27,623 nt of DNA from an uncultured Candidatus Saccharibacteria bacterium (lineage in GTDB: Bacteria > Patescibacteriota > Minisyncoccia > Phycocordibacterales > PALSA-1337): positions 1 through 27,623 of the forward strand of contig CAZVXQ010000001.1 of NCBI GenBank assembly GCA_964630815.1, given 5' to 3'. This document shows positions 1 to 7,686 of this stretch, one piece after another. Under the pieces are notes generated by a model. It was not told where the DNA came from and ran no database searches. It saw nothing but the letters and a program-made list of their open reading frames with translations. Position 1 is the stretch's first letter; each line of letters begins with the position of its first letter. Position numbers and translations under genes: made by a program.

Positions 1-72
1 GTATACGCTAGCAATTTGTCTCTAACTAGTGCTAGAACAAGTGACAAAAAAGCAAAAGATGCCAAGAGATAA
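1..72 (+). CDS. Possible 3' end of a gene entering from the left (…SARTSDKKAKDAKR*)
   Basis: Frame +1 is open from base 1 to TAA at 70-72 and runs into a hairpin shared with the convergent gene. Too short to identify. Confidence 0.3.
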   Translation, partial: VYASNLSLTSARTSDKKAKDAKR

Positions 73-101
73 GCGGCCTCATGTAGGCCGCGAATCTCTT
101 G
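63..101. terminator. Intrinsic terminator hairpin between convergent genes
   Basis: CAAGAGAT-aa-GCGGCCT-catgt-AGGCCGC-ga-ATCTCTTG; on the minus strand it is followed by a U-rich run (TCTTTTGCTTTTTT). Confidence 0.6.
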
Positions 102-154
102 CCCAATAAATGTGAACCAGCGCTTGACCATTACACTATACTAGCAGATATTTA

Positions 155-2611
155 TTATTTTTTCTCTTTTACAGGAAGACCTGTACGCTTTTCGGGAGTT
201 GATACTGGAATCTTTTCATCACTGAAGATCGATCTGCCACTTCGTAAATTGGATAGAATAAGAGCAATTTCTTCATTTGTATCATTTGCCTTTTGTAAAT
301 CTTCAAAGATTTCGATTGCTTTTGTAAATTCTCGCAATCTTGCGAAAGACAATCCTAAGAAATATTTTGCATTATCATAATCTGCTTGTAACTTTATAGC
401 CTCACTTAATGCTTGAGATGAACCTTTGTAATCTTTTGCATAATATTTGAGCAATCCCAATTGGAACAACAAAACAGGATTCTCAGGATTGAGCTGTACA
501 GCAATACCAGCAGCTATAATTGCATTTTGCAAATCTCCCTTTGTTGCATATATCTGCGATAACAGGAATACCGCATCAAGATAATTGTTCTTTACCTGAA
601 GAGCTCGACCAAGATCCTTTATTGCATCATCATATTTACCATTTTTTGCCTCGAAATTGGCCAAACTGAGATACAAAGATGGGTTATATGGATTCAAATT
701 AATAGCATTGTTATATGAAGTTAATGCATTTTCGTAACCATTTTGCATCTTTATACTTGCGGCAACTTCAGCAACTCTCGCTTCCGAAAGATAATTGTAA
801 TAATTTTTTGGATTATATGAAGTTGCCTTTTTTGCATCAGATATACCGCGATTGAGTACATTATTTATATCAGTAAGAATAGCCTGAGTAGTTGAAGCAC
901 TAGTTGTGTTTGTAATTGTGCTTGCAAGTTTTTGTGCGGTTGCAACAGATATCTCTGCCTTTGATCTCCAGTAAACATCAGATTCATTTAATTTCAGGGC
1001 AGTCGTAAAAGCTTGATCGGCTTTTTCTAGATTCTGATTTGTTTCAAATTCTCGAAGACCATGTGCAAAATAGCTAAATGCCAATATTTTCTTTATATTC
1101 ATGAGTCCAAGAACAATAAGGGCTAGAATGACCAAAGAGATAAGAGAAGGAAACAATTTTGAAGCTTTTGTACCAGATATTGGACTATACATTCTTTGAT
1201 TTATAAGTCCATAAGAAACACTTAGACTTACGAATAAAGCCGTAATGACAAATGTTAACAAAATTATTGTATGAGTAGGAATCGTAACTAGCAATATTAA
1301 CCAAAGAAATGCAGTCATCACAAATGATGACAAAAGCATAAATCTTTTTTCAAAATCATCAGGCAGTTTTTTGATAACTTTCGTAGACAAAATACCAAAA
1401 AATACAAAGAGAAGTATCCATAATATTGTACCCACAACACCGTGCGATGCGATAAAAGTTGGTACGAATCCGATACCATATTGGAATTCTGTTCCCCAAG
1501 CATTTGTACTGTTGATTATGAGTGGCTTATATGCCTGATACGCATCAGAAAATCCGTTCGAACCGACTCCAAATAGAGGATAATTTTGCAAAACGGATGA
1601 AGTGACATTCAAAGTTGTCTGCCATGGCAAGAATATTTCGAAATGAGCGATTTTGAGTTTTGTCACAACAGAATCAAGAGTTGTAGGTCCGCGATAAACC
1701 AATAATGCCAAGACAACAAAAGCAATAGTAGGAATTAGTGGTAATGATTTGGTTATACGACCTATATATCCGATACCTTGGACAGATGTTTTTTTCCATT
1801 TTTCGACGAACAAAATTATGGAAAGACCCAGAAAAACAATAGCACTAACATACCAAACCCTAACATCAGCAACAAAAACGATACCAAATAACGAAACAAT
1901 AGATAGAGTCCAAAAAACTATTCGCATCCTCTTCGACAACTGAAGGAAACTCAACCCTGAAAGAGAAATAATTAGTACCAGAGCTGAAAATGTTGCCAAA
2001 CTATACCAACTACCCAAAATAGAAGATGTAAGAGTGGTAAAAATCCCGAAACTCAAAAATGTCTCACCGAAAATTATTCTCAATAAATGAAATAGGAAAA
2101 GAATCAAGTAGGAAGATACCATAGCAAAATACAGGACTATAGCTCTTTCACGTTGTTTTTGAATCAGATTGTAAGTGACAAATGCAGTCAAAAACAGAGT
2201 TATTAGAAAACTAGTAGTTAGCACTTCAAATGCTTGACCAAAGAATGACTTTGCAAAATGAAGACTAAGAGTCGATGAGATAACTATAGAAACAAGTAGT
2301 AGAACACTTGTTCTGCATAATGAAGCCGGTGGCAAAGAAATTTTCTTCTCCTTCAAGACTACAAATGCCAAAAAAATAGCTGATGCTATGACGCCAATAT
2401 TTATTACAAGTGATTTTATTAATTCTAGTGGTATAAACTTGCTAAACCAAAAAGAAAGAGGGGCAAGAATAACTGTAACAAGGAGAATATAGAAAGCTAT
2501 ATTGTCCAATTTACCAGAATCAGATTTCATAGATGAATTTCTTGAAATACCATTACTCGATACATAACTAGCATCCGAACTACCGGATTTATTTTCTAAT
2601 TCATTATTCAT
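155..2611 (-). CDS. O-antigen-ligase-like (Wzy_C) polytopic membrane protein with C-terminal TPR repeats
   Basis: About a dozen hydrophobic segments; PLFGVGSNGFSDAYQAYKP matches the ligase-family 'P.FG.G...F' loop; the C-terminal ~250 aa are TPR-like (AINLNPYNPSLYLSLA, AVQLNPENPVLLFQLG). Confidence 0.8.
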   Translation of the reverse strand: MNNELENKSGSSDASYVSSNGISRNSSMKSDSGKLDNIAFYILLVTVILAPLSFWFSKFIPLELIKSLVINIGVIASAIFLAFVVLKEKKISLPPASLCRTSVLLLVSIVISSTLSLHFAKSFFGQAFEVLTTSFLITLFLTAFVTYNLIQKQRERAIVLYFAMVSSYLILFLFHLLRIIFGETFLSFGIFTTLTSSILGSWYSLATFSALVLIISLSGLSFLQLSKRMRIVFWTLSIVSLFGIVFVADVRVWYVSAIVFLGLSIILFVEKWKKTSVQGIGYIGRITKSLPLIPTIAFVVLALLVYRGPTTLDSVVTKLKIAHFEIFLPWQTTLNVTSSVLQNYPLFGVGSNGFSDAYQAYKPLIINSTNAWGTEFQYGIGFVPTFIASHGVVGTILWILLFVFFGILSTKVIKKLPDDFEKRFMLLSSFVMTAFLWLILLVTIPTHTIILLTFVITALFVSLSVSYGLINQRMYSPISGTKASKLFPSLISLVILALIVLGLMNIKKILAFSYFAHGLREFETNQNLEKADQAFTTALKLNESDVYWRSKAEISVATAQKLASTITNTTSASTTQAILTDINNVLNRGISDAKKATSYNPKNYYNYLSEARVAEVAASIKMQNGYENALTSYNNAINLNPYNPSLYLSLANFEAKNGKYDDAIKDLGRALQVKNNYLDAVFLLSQIYATKGDLQNAIIAAGIAVQLNPENPVLLFQLGLLKYYAKDYKGSSQALSEAIKLQADYDNAKYFLGLSFARLREFTKAIEIFEDLQKANDTNEEIALILSNLRSGRSIFSDEKIPVSTPEKRTGLPVKEKK

Positions 2612-2702
2612 TACATTTTATTAATTAAGTTATTTAATGCCTATATTATAGCAGAAAATAAAAATAGAAATCCACAACCTAATCTAATATCCGATAGTAA
2701 CG

Positions 2703-2733
2703 GAAAATCCCACCTTTTTAGGGTGGGATTTTC
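2703..2733. terminator. Terminator downstream of rnpB
   Basis: 12-bp inverted repeat GAAAATCCCACC / GGTGGGATTTTC directly after the RNase P RNA 3' end. Confidence 0.75.
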
Positions 2734-2738
2734 ATTTA

Positions 2739-3096
2739 AGTCATACCATAAGCCGAATTCTGTTGCATATGTCAGACATATGCATGACAACCATTTGTCT
2801 GGTCCCAAAATTACTTTTGAGATCGAGCGGTTCTTTTTTGATAAACCTTGCGGTTTTCAAAAACACGACCTTGCACCGAAGTAAGGATTTTGCCGTTGCA
2901 ATCCTGTGTTACCACAGGCTTCATCCGTATTGCTACGGAGCTTTTGCCTTTCGACTCAAGCGTCACTGTTCGCACCTCTGGTTATTAACCTGACGGGTGT
3001 TACCCGCTACTTGTTTCCACCAACTTACGTCAGTGGCGGTGTTCGGACTTTCCTCCCTAAATTGCAAGCAATGTAGAGCGGTTGTCTGGTACAACT
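2739..3096 (-). ncRNA. rnpB: RNase P RNA
   Basis: The minus strand has the universal GAGGAAAGTCCG and ACAGAATTCGGCTTAT (P4) motifs. P1 AGTTGTACCA/TGGTATGACT defines the ends; P2 GACAACC/GGTTGTC, P18 with GTAA loop and a P19 hairpin are visible. Confidence 0.95.
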
Positions 3097-3102
3097 ATTG
3101 CA

Positions 3103-3130
3103 ATTATACCACAAATAATGGGTTTTGCAA
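3103..3130 (-). promoter_or_regulatory. Sigma70-type promoter of rnpB
   Basis: TTGCAA-16 nt-TATAAT with extended TG; the -10 lies 6 nt upstream of the P1 5' end. Confidence 0.6.
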
Positions 3131-3153
3131 TACACTGGTATTATTATAGCCTT

Positions 3154-3981
3154 TTATTTTTCCAATCTTTTTATCAATTGTTTATACGCTTTTGCGTTAT
3201 TTACTGCAATCCAACATTCTGACGGTATACTGACAGCAGAAAGCTGTTTCTTTTTTGCCAATATCGGAAACAATACGCTTTCGAAATCTGCTTTTTTATT
3301 TAGATCAAAATGTTTATCGAAATATGAATGCACCTCTGGACCAAGAATAGTTATACCAATATGGGTAGGAATCGGTATTTGCGGATACATCTCTATCTGA
3401 TGAACTACGTTGTTTATTATCTTCATACCAGTATACGTATATGGGGTTTCTTCGACCACCACAACAGTCGCCAATCTATTTTGATCTAAGTGACCTTGTA
3501 CTATATATCTAGGAAAATTACCTTTGAAATCAAGAATGACATCATCAGGGTTGTGGACAATAAAATAGTGGTTTTTTGGTATCAAATTTTGATTGATTGC
3601 ATGTTTTATTGCACCACCCTTGCCTACTGGCTTTTCTGGGTCATAAGAATATTTTATGCTAACACCAAATTTTGAACCATCACCGAGAACATTTTTTATT
3701 GAATTGGCATTGTGAAATACCGATGCAACAAAATTTTTGAAGCCAGCATCACGATACATCTTTATTGCCATTTCTATCATCGTCTCGCCATTTGGCAAAA
3801 GATAAGCATTTTTATTAACCGCAACACCGTTTGTCACTTCGGAAAATCTCGAACTTTCGCCTCCTGCCATGAGTACAATCGTTGTATTTTTGACAAAATT
3901 CTCCCAAACCTCGTTTTTGATTTTTTTAGGCTTCCTTACTCGATTGATTTTTCTGCGCAGTTCTTTTAATGCCTTTTTCAT
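3154..3981 (-). CDS. NDP-sugar pyrophosphorylase / nucleotidyltransferase (NTP_transferase family)
   Basis: IVLMAGGESSRF glycine loop, LPNGETMIE, FGVSIKYSYDPEKPVGKGGAI, HNPDD. Substrate cannot be assigned. Confidence 0.8.
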   Translation of the reverse strand: MKKALKELRRKINRVRKPKKIKNEVWENFVKNTTIVLMAGGESSRFSEVTNGVAVNKNAYLLPNGETMIEMAIKMYRDAGFKNFVASVFHNANSIKNVLGDGSKFGVSIKYSYDPEKPVGKGGAIKHAINQNLIPKNHYFIVHNPDDVILDFKGNFPRYIVQGHLDQNRLATVVVVEETPYTYTGMKIINNVVHQIEMYPQIPIPTHIGITILGPEVHSYFDKHFDLNKKADFESVLFPILAKKKQLSAVSIPSECWIAVNNAKAYKQLIKRLEK

Positions 3982-4033
3982 TTTTTTATTGTATTACAAA
4001 AATGGATATTATTATATCCATTTTTGACTCTAT

Positions 4034-6358
4034 CTAAACTATTTCGCAAACACCAGATACGCACGCTAACTCTTTTTTGAGATCAGTTTCGTTTTGAATC
4101 TCGTAAGTGATGATTTTTGAATAATCGATATGTTCCATTCTCTTGGCTAGTTCCTTGTAAGTCTTTTCATCGATTGCTTCATATGGAGCAAGTTTGTAAA
4201 CAACATCTTCCCGAGGTAGGAACGATAATCCACCAACTATGTCCCAATTTGAATATACCCAATTTGCAACCGTAATCCACTCATCATTGCCAACAGAAAT
4301 TGTAACTGAAGGATTGTGTTCGGTGTAATTTTCTTTGACCATTTTCCAATACTCGAGTTGCTCTATAGCTGTTTGATCATCTCTGAATATAGAACCATTT
4401 GGAGCTTTGACTGGAAATTCTAATACGTAAGTCGTTGCATTTTCTGGTGACTGACCTACTTCTGGAAAATGAGGTACGCCTTGATCCTTTAGCATTTTGA
4501 ACAATGAATCTGTCGCTGAAATACGAATTCTTCTGATATAAAATTTTGAATGTCTAGGGTGCATACCAGAAGAACAATCCACTGTCTGAGAAAGAGTGCC
4601 AGAAGGTTTGACGCAAGTAATTGCAGTTGATTCACCGATACCAAATCTTTTGGCATATTCTTTGTTGATTTTTATTGCTTCAGCTTTGAGCTTACGCATT
4701 ACTTCAGGTTTTCGGACTACTGGGGAATCCCATTGTCCTGTAATAGAGACACCGAGGAGTCTCTCTTTCTCGCAATGTTCTTTCCATTCTTTTGAGAGAT
4801 AAGGGAAATTGGTCAAACTTGACTGATAAGTACCGAGTATAGTTGCAATACGCATTTTCTTGAGCAATGTCGCTTCAGTATCTTCTGCTCTAGCGACTAT
4901 CTCAGATAAGTTACAAAACTGCTTTGATTGTAGAATAATCTCACCACAGGGATTTGTACCCATAGGACCAACTATATGATTGCCGGTTTGATCAAAATAG
5001 CCTTTGTATTCTTTTAGAACTTTTATTCGTCTTTCTGGAAGTGTACTTGCCAATGATCCACGATTGAATATGCCTCTTTCACCTGATCTGCTCTCTATTA
5101 GAGCCATCCACTCTTTTAGGAATTCTTCATTGCTTGGTTTGTTTATGTAAACTGCCGAATTATTTGACAAAGCACGATGCGGATGAGTCATATAGAAAGC
5201 ACCTTTCTTCGCATCACGAACTAATTCATCGTTAAGATCTGAAAGAGAAATCATGGCGCTTCGTCTAACTCCTCCAGAAACAACACAATCACCAATCATA
5301 CAGATAATATCGTGAAGATCGATTGTTCGAAGTCTCCTTCCCTGTCTAGCGAGCATAACCTGACGTGCAAAAGATAGTAATCGCATAAGCGGTGCTGGTC
5401 CTGAAGATTTACCACCCATAGTCTTGAGTCTTGCACCCTCTGGACGAAGTTGAGAATAATCAAACTCTATATCTTTGCCTGACGCCCATGTCTCCATACC
5501 CAAAGTTAGAGAATCTGCCCAACCTTCTTTACTATCAGGAATAACATGAGTAGGAAGTTTCTCACCGGTCTGCATCATAATCTGCGGAAATCTTTCTACA
5601 TTTGCACTTTCTACTGCCCAACCAGCACCTGTACCACACATAGATATATACATAATCTCCGCAAGATCTTGGAAAGATTGAGGTGCGATAAATGAACAGT
5701 TATATGCGCAAACATTTGTAGCTGATGCGGCTTTGCCAGCAAATTGAAGCAATCTCATTGAAGGCATAGCTTGATGGCTGAGTATAGCTTCGCGAACTTC
5801 TTTGTATTCTGAATCCTTGAGCTTATTGCCTAGATTCTCTTTCATGAATTGGACATATCGATCGACAGTCTCTATCCAAGTCTCTCGCCTGCCTTCATTA
5901 TCCATCCATCTAGAATATGAACGGTAATAAACAAATTCACCCAAAGCATTGCGGAAGTATTTTTTTGAATCAGTTGCCAATTTACGAACACGTTCTGGAA
6001 CTTCTACACCCTGCATACGTAACTTTGAACGCTCCTCGCGATACAAAACGTAATGTTTTGCAGCTTTTACATAATCGGAGCGCATTAATTCTTGTTCTAC
6101 TATATCCTGACAACCCTCGACAGTAGGAACAAAATTATTAAATTTGCGTTTAATTCTAATTAATTCTGAATAGACTTGATTTGCAATTACTCTTGCCTCT
6201 TCTATTGTACCCTCACCAACAGATGACATACCTTTCCATATCGCATTTACTATCTTTTCTATATCAAAAGGTACTATTCGACCATCTCTTTTTATAATCG
6301 TAGGGATAGAAGGAGCCTTGACCGCTCCTTTGGCGGTTGTTTTTTTCTTTTTTGGCAT
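4034..6358 (-). CDS. nrdJ: Class II (adenosylcobalamin-dependent) ribonucleotide reductase with N-terminal ATP cone
   Basis: IIKRDGRIVPFDIEKI ATP cone; PSMR, YNC, SGGVRRSA, TNPCGEI (thiyl Cys), VKPSGT, and C-terminal CVSGVC redox pair. No intein seen. Confidence 0.93.
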   Translation of the reverse strand: MPKKKKTTAKGAVKAPSIPTIIKRDGRIVPFDIEKIVNAIWKGMSSVGEGTIEEARVIANQVYSELIRIKRKFNNFVPTVEGCQDIVEQELMRSDYVKAAKHYVLYREERSKLRMQGVEVPERVRKLATDSKKYFRNALGEFVYYRSYSRWMDNEGRRETWIETVDRYVQFMKENLGNKLKDSEYKEVREAILSHQAMPSMRLLQFAGKAASATNVCAYNCSFIAPQSFQDLAEIMYISMCGTGAGWAVESANVERFPQIMMQTGEKLPTHVIPDSKEGWADSLTLGMETWASGKDIEFDYSQLRPEGARLKTMGGKSSGPAPLMRLLSFARQVMLARQGRRLRTIDLHDIICMIGDCVVSGGVRRSAMISLSDLNDELVRDAKKGAFYMTHPHRALSNNSAVYINKPSNEEFLKEWMALIESRSGERGIFNRGSLASTLPERRIKVLKEYKGYFDQTGNHIVGPMGTNPCGEIILQSKQFCNLSEIVARAEDTEATLLKKMRIATILGTYQSSLTNFPYLSKEWKEHCEKERLLGVSITGQWDSPVVRKPEVMRKLKAEAIKINKEYAKRFGIGESTAITCVKPSGTLSQTVDCSSGMHPRHSKFYIRRIRISATDSLFKMLKDQGVPHFPEVGQSPENATTYVLEFPVKAPNGSIFRDDQTAIEQLEYWKMVKENYTEHNPSVTISVGNDEWITVANWVYSNWDIVGGLSFLPREDVVYKLAPYEAIDEKTYKELAKRMEHIDYSKIITYEIQNETDLKKELACVSGVCEIV

Positions 6359-6512
6359 ATGGTTACGCAGGCGATGCGAAAACTTATACTTATAATTTTT
6401 AACTTACTTAATTTTATTTTCCGTATCGACCGAAAAATAAATTTGTTTGCTTAGTCACATTGTACATCCCAAATGAAAGTAAAAAAACTGTGGACAATGA
6501 TTTACATCACAA

Positions 6513-7016
6513 TTAAATTACAAACGTAAGAGGAGTGCCAGAAGCAATGCCATTTTCTTCGGCATAACCAGCATTGAGTTCTAGAACATACTTGACTGGT
6601 TGTGGTGGAAAATAGATATTTGGATATGATTCTGGGGCAACATCTTTTTCAATTCCAATTACTGTTTTATTTTTATCGATCCAAATAATATCTATCGGAA
6701 AAGACATGTTTCTCATCCAAAAACCTCGCGAGGCAACTACCGGAAAGACGAAGAGCATACCAGAACCAGGGTCCATGGATTGGCGACCACTAAGTCCTGT
6801 TTCTAACTGTTCCGAAGATGTTGCAAGTTCAGCCTTAATATATCCGTTTGGAGCATGAATAAGAGTCTCTTTTGCTGAAATAGTATTTTTGCTTAGATAT
6901 TCTTCTAAAGTAGGCAATGAATTGTTGCTAGATAAATACATTACAAGAGCAACCAGACCAAATATTCCTATAATTGTTGTAAAAATGTAGCTACTATAAT
7001 TTGTTTTATTTTTCAT
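6513..7016 (-). CDS. DUF192 domain protein with N-terminal membrane anchor
   Basis: AELATSSEQLETGLSGR, GMLFVF, FWMRNMSFPIDIIWID, YVLELNAG are the family hallmarks. Confidence 0.85.
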   Translation of the reverse strand: MKNKTNYSSYIFTTIIGIFGLVALVMYLSSNNSLPTLEEYLSKNTISAKETLIHAPNGYIKAELATSSEQLETGLSGRQSMDPGSGMLFVFPVVASRGFWMRNMSFPIDIIWIDKNKTVIGIEKDVAPESYPNIYFPPQPVKYVLELNAGYAEENGIASGTPLTFVI

Positions 7017-7175
7017 TTAATTTCTTATACTCATAGTCTTCAATAAACTGATAAGACCGGTAATAACTAAAGCAGCCGATACAACAATAATCATACTCGG
7101 TTCTTCTGCGATAGACAAACCGTAATTTTTTAGATAAATGAATGCTCCGACTATTATAATAAAATAAGGAAACAT
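7017..7175 (-). CDS. 52-aa two-TM small membrane protein (absent from the ORF track)
   Basis: MFPYFIIIVGAFIYLKNYGLSIAEEPSMIIVVSAALVITGLISLLKTMSIRN; its TAA directly abuts the DUF192 ATG (TAAATG), implying translational coupling. Confidence 0.55.
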   Translation of the reverse strand: MFPYFIIIVGAFIYLKNYGLSIAEEPSMIIVVSAALVITGLISLLKTMSIRN

Positions 7176-7235
7176 GATACTTGTATTGGAGATACTTTAT
7201 GCTAGCATTCTAGCATACAAGCTAATATTTAATAT

Positions 7236-7640
7236 ATGGAACCGATCAATATTCTGCCAATCTTAGTATCATCATTAGTTGCTTTTGGTATTGGTTCATT
7301 CTGGTATTCACCTTTTCTTTTTGGGAAAGAATGGATGGAAGGAAGAAAAATACAACAAGAGTCAATAGAGAAATTTGCTGTAATACGTTCATACGGTATT
7401 CAATTTTTGTTTACCGTAGTATCTTTCTCAGTTTTAGCATTTCTAATAAGCATGGCGGAGGTACGATCAAGTACCGATGGCTCTTTCGTAGGTCTTCTTG
7501 CCTGGATCGGTTTTATCCTTCCCATTTCCCTTTCTAGTGTCTTGTGGAAAAGAGATACTTTTACATTATTCCTAATCGACGTGGTCTACAATCTAGTAAT
7601 AATAACAATCGGTGGCGCAATAATTGGCGCTTGGAGGTAG
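7236..7640 (+). CDS. DUF1761 family membrane protein
   Basis: AFGIGSFWYSPFLFGKEWM start, four TM segments, ending GGAIIGAW. Confidence 0.8.
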   Translation: MEPINILPILVSSLVAFGIGSFWYSPFLFGKEWMEGRKIQQESIEKFAVIRSYGIQFLFTVVSFSVLAFLISMAEVRSSTDGSFVGLLAWIGFILPISLSSVLWKRDTFTLFLIDVVYNLVIITIGGAIIGAWR

Positions 7641-7660
7641 GCACTATCATAAGCATATGC

Positions 7661-7686
7661 AAATAAGGCGCTTCGGCGCCTTATTT
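7661..7686. terminator. Bidirectional intrinsic terminator
   Basis: AAATAAGGCGC-TTCG-GCGCCTTATTT between convergent genes. Confidence 0.8.

Noticed and set aside
6489-6497. DnaA-box-like TTGTCCACA upstream of nrdJ
   Set aside because: Single copy with a mismatch; the same word occurs inside the nucleotidyltransferase gene (~3552), so it is indistinguishable from background.
6359-6512. Cobalamin riboswitch or NrdR box before nrdJ
   Set aside because: AT-rich spacer with no B12-box or NrdR palindrome recognisable by eye.
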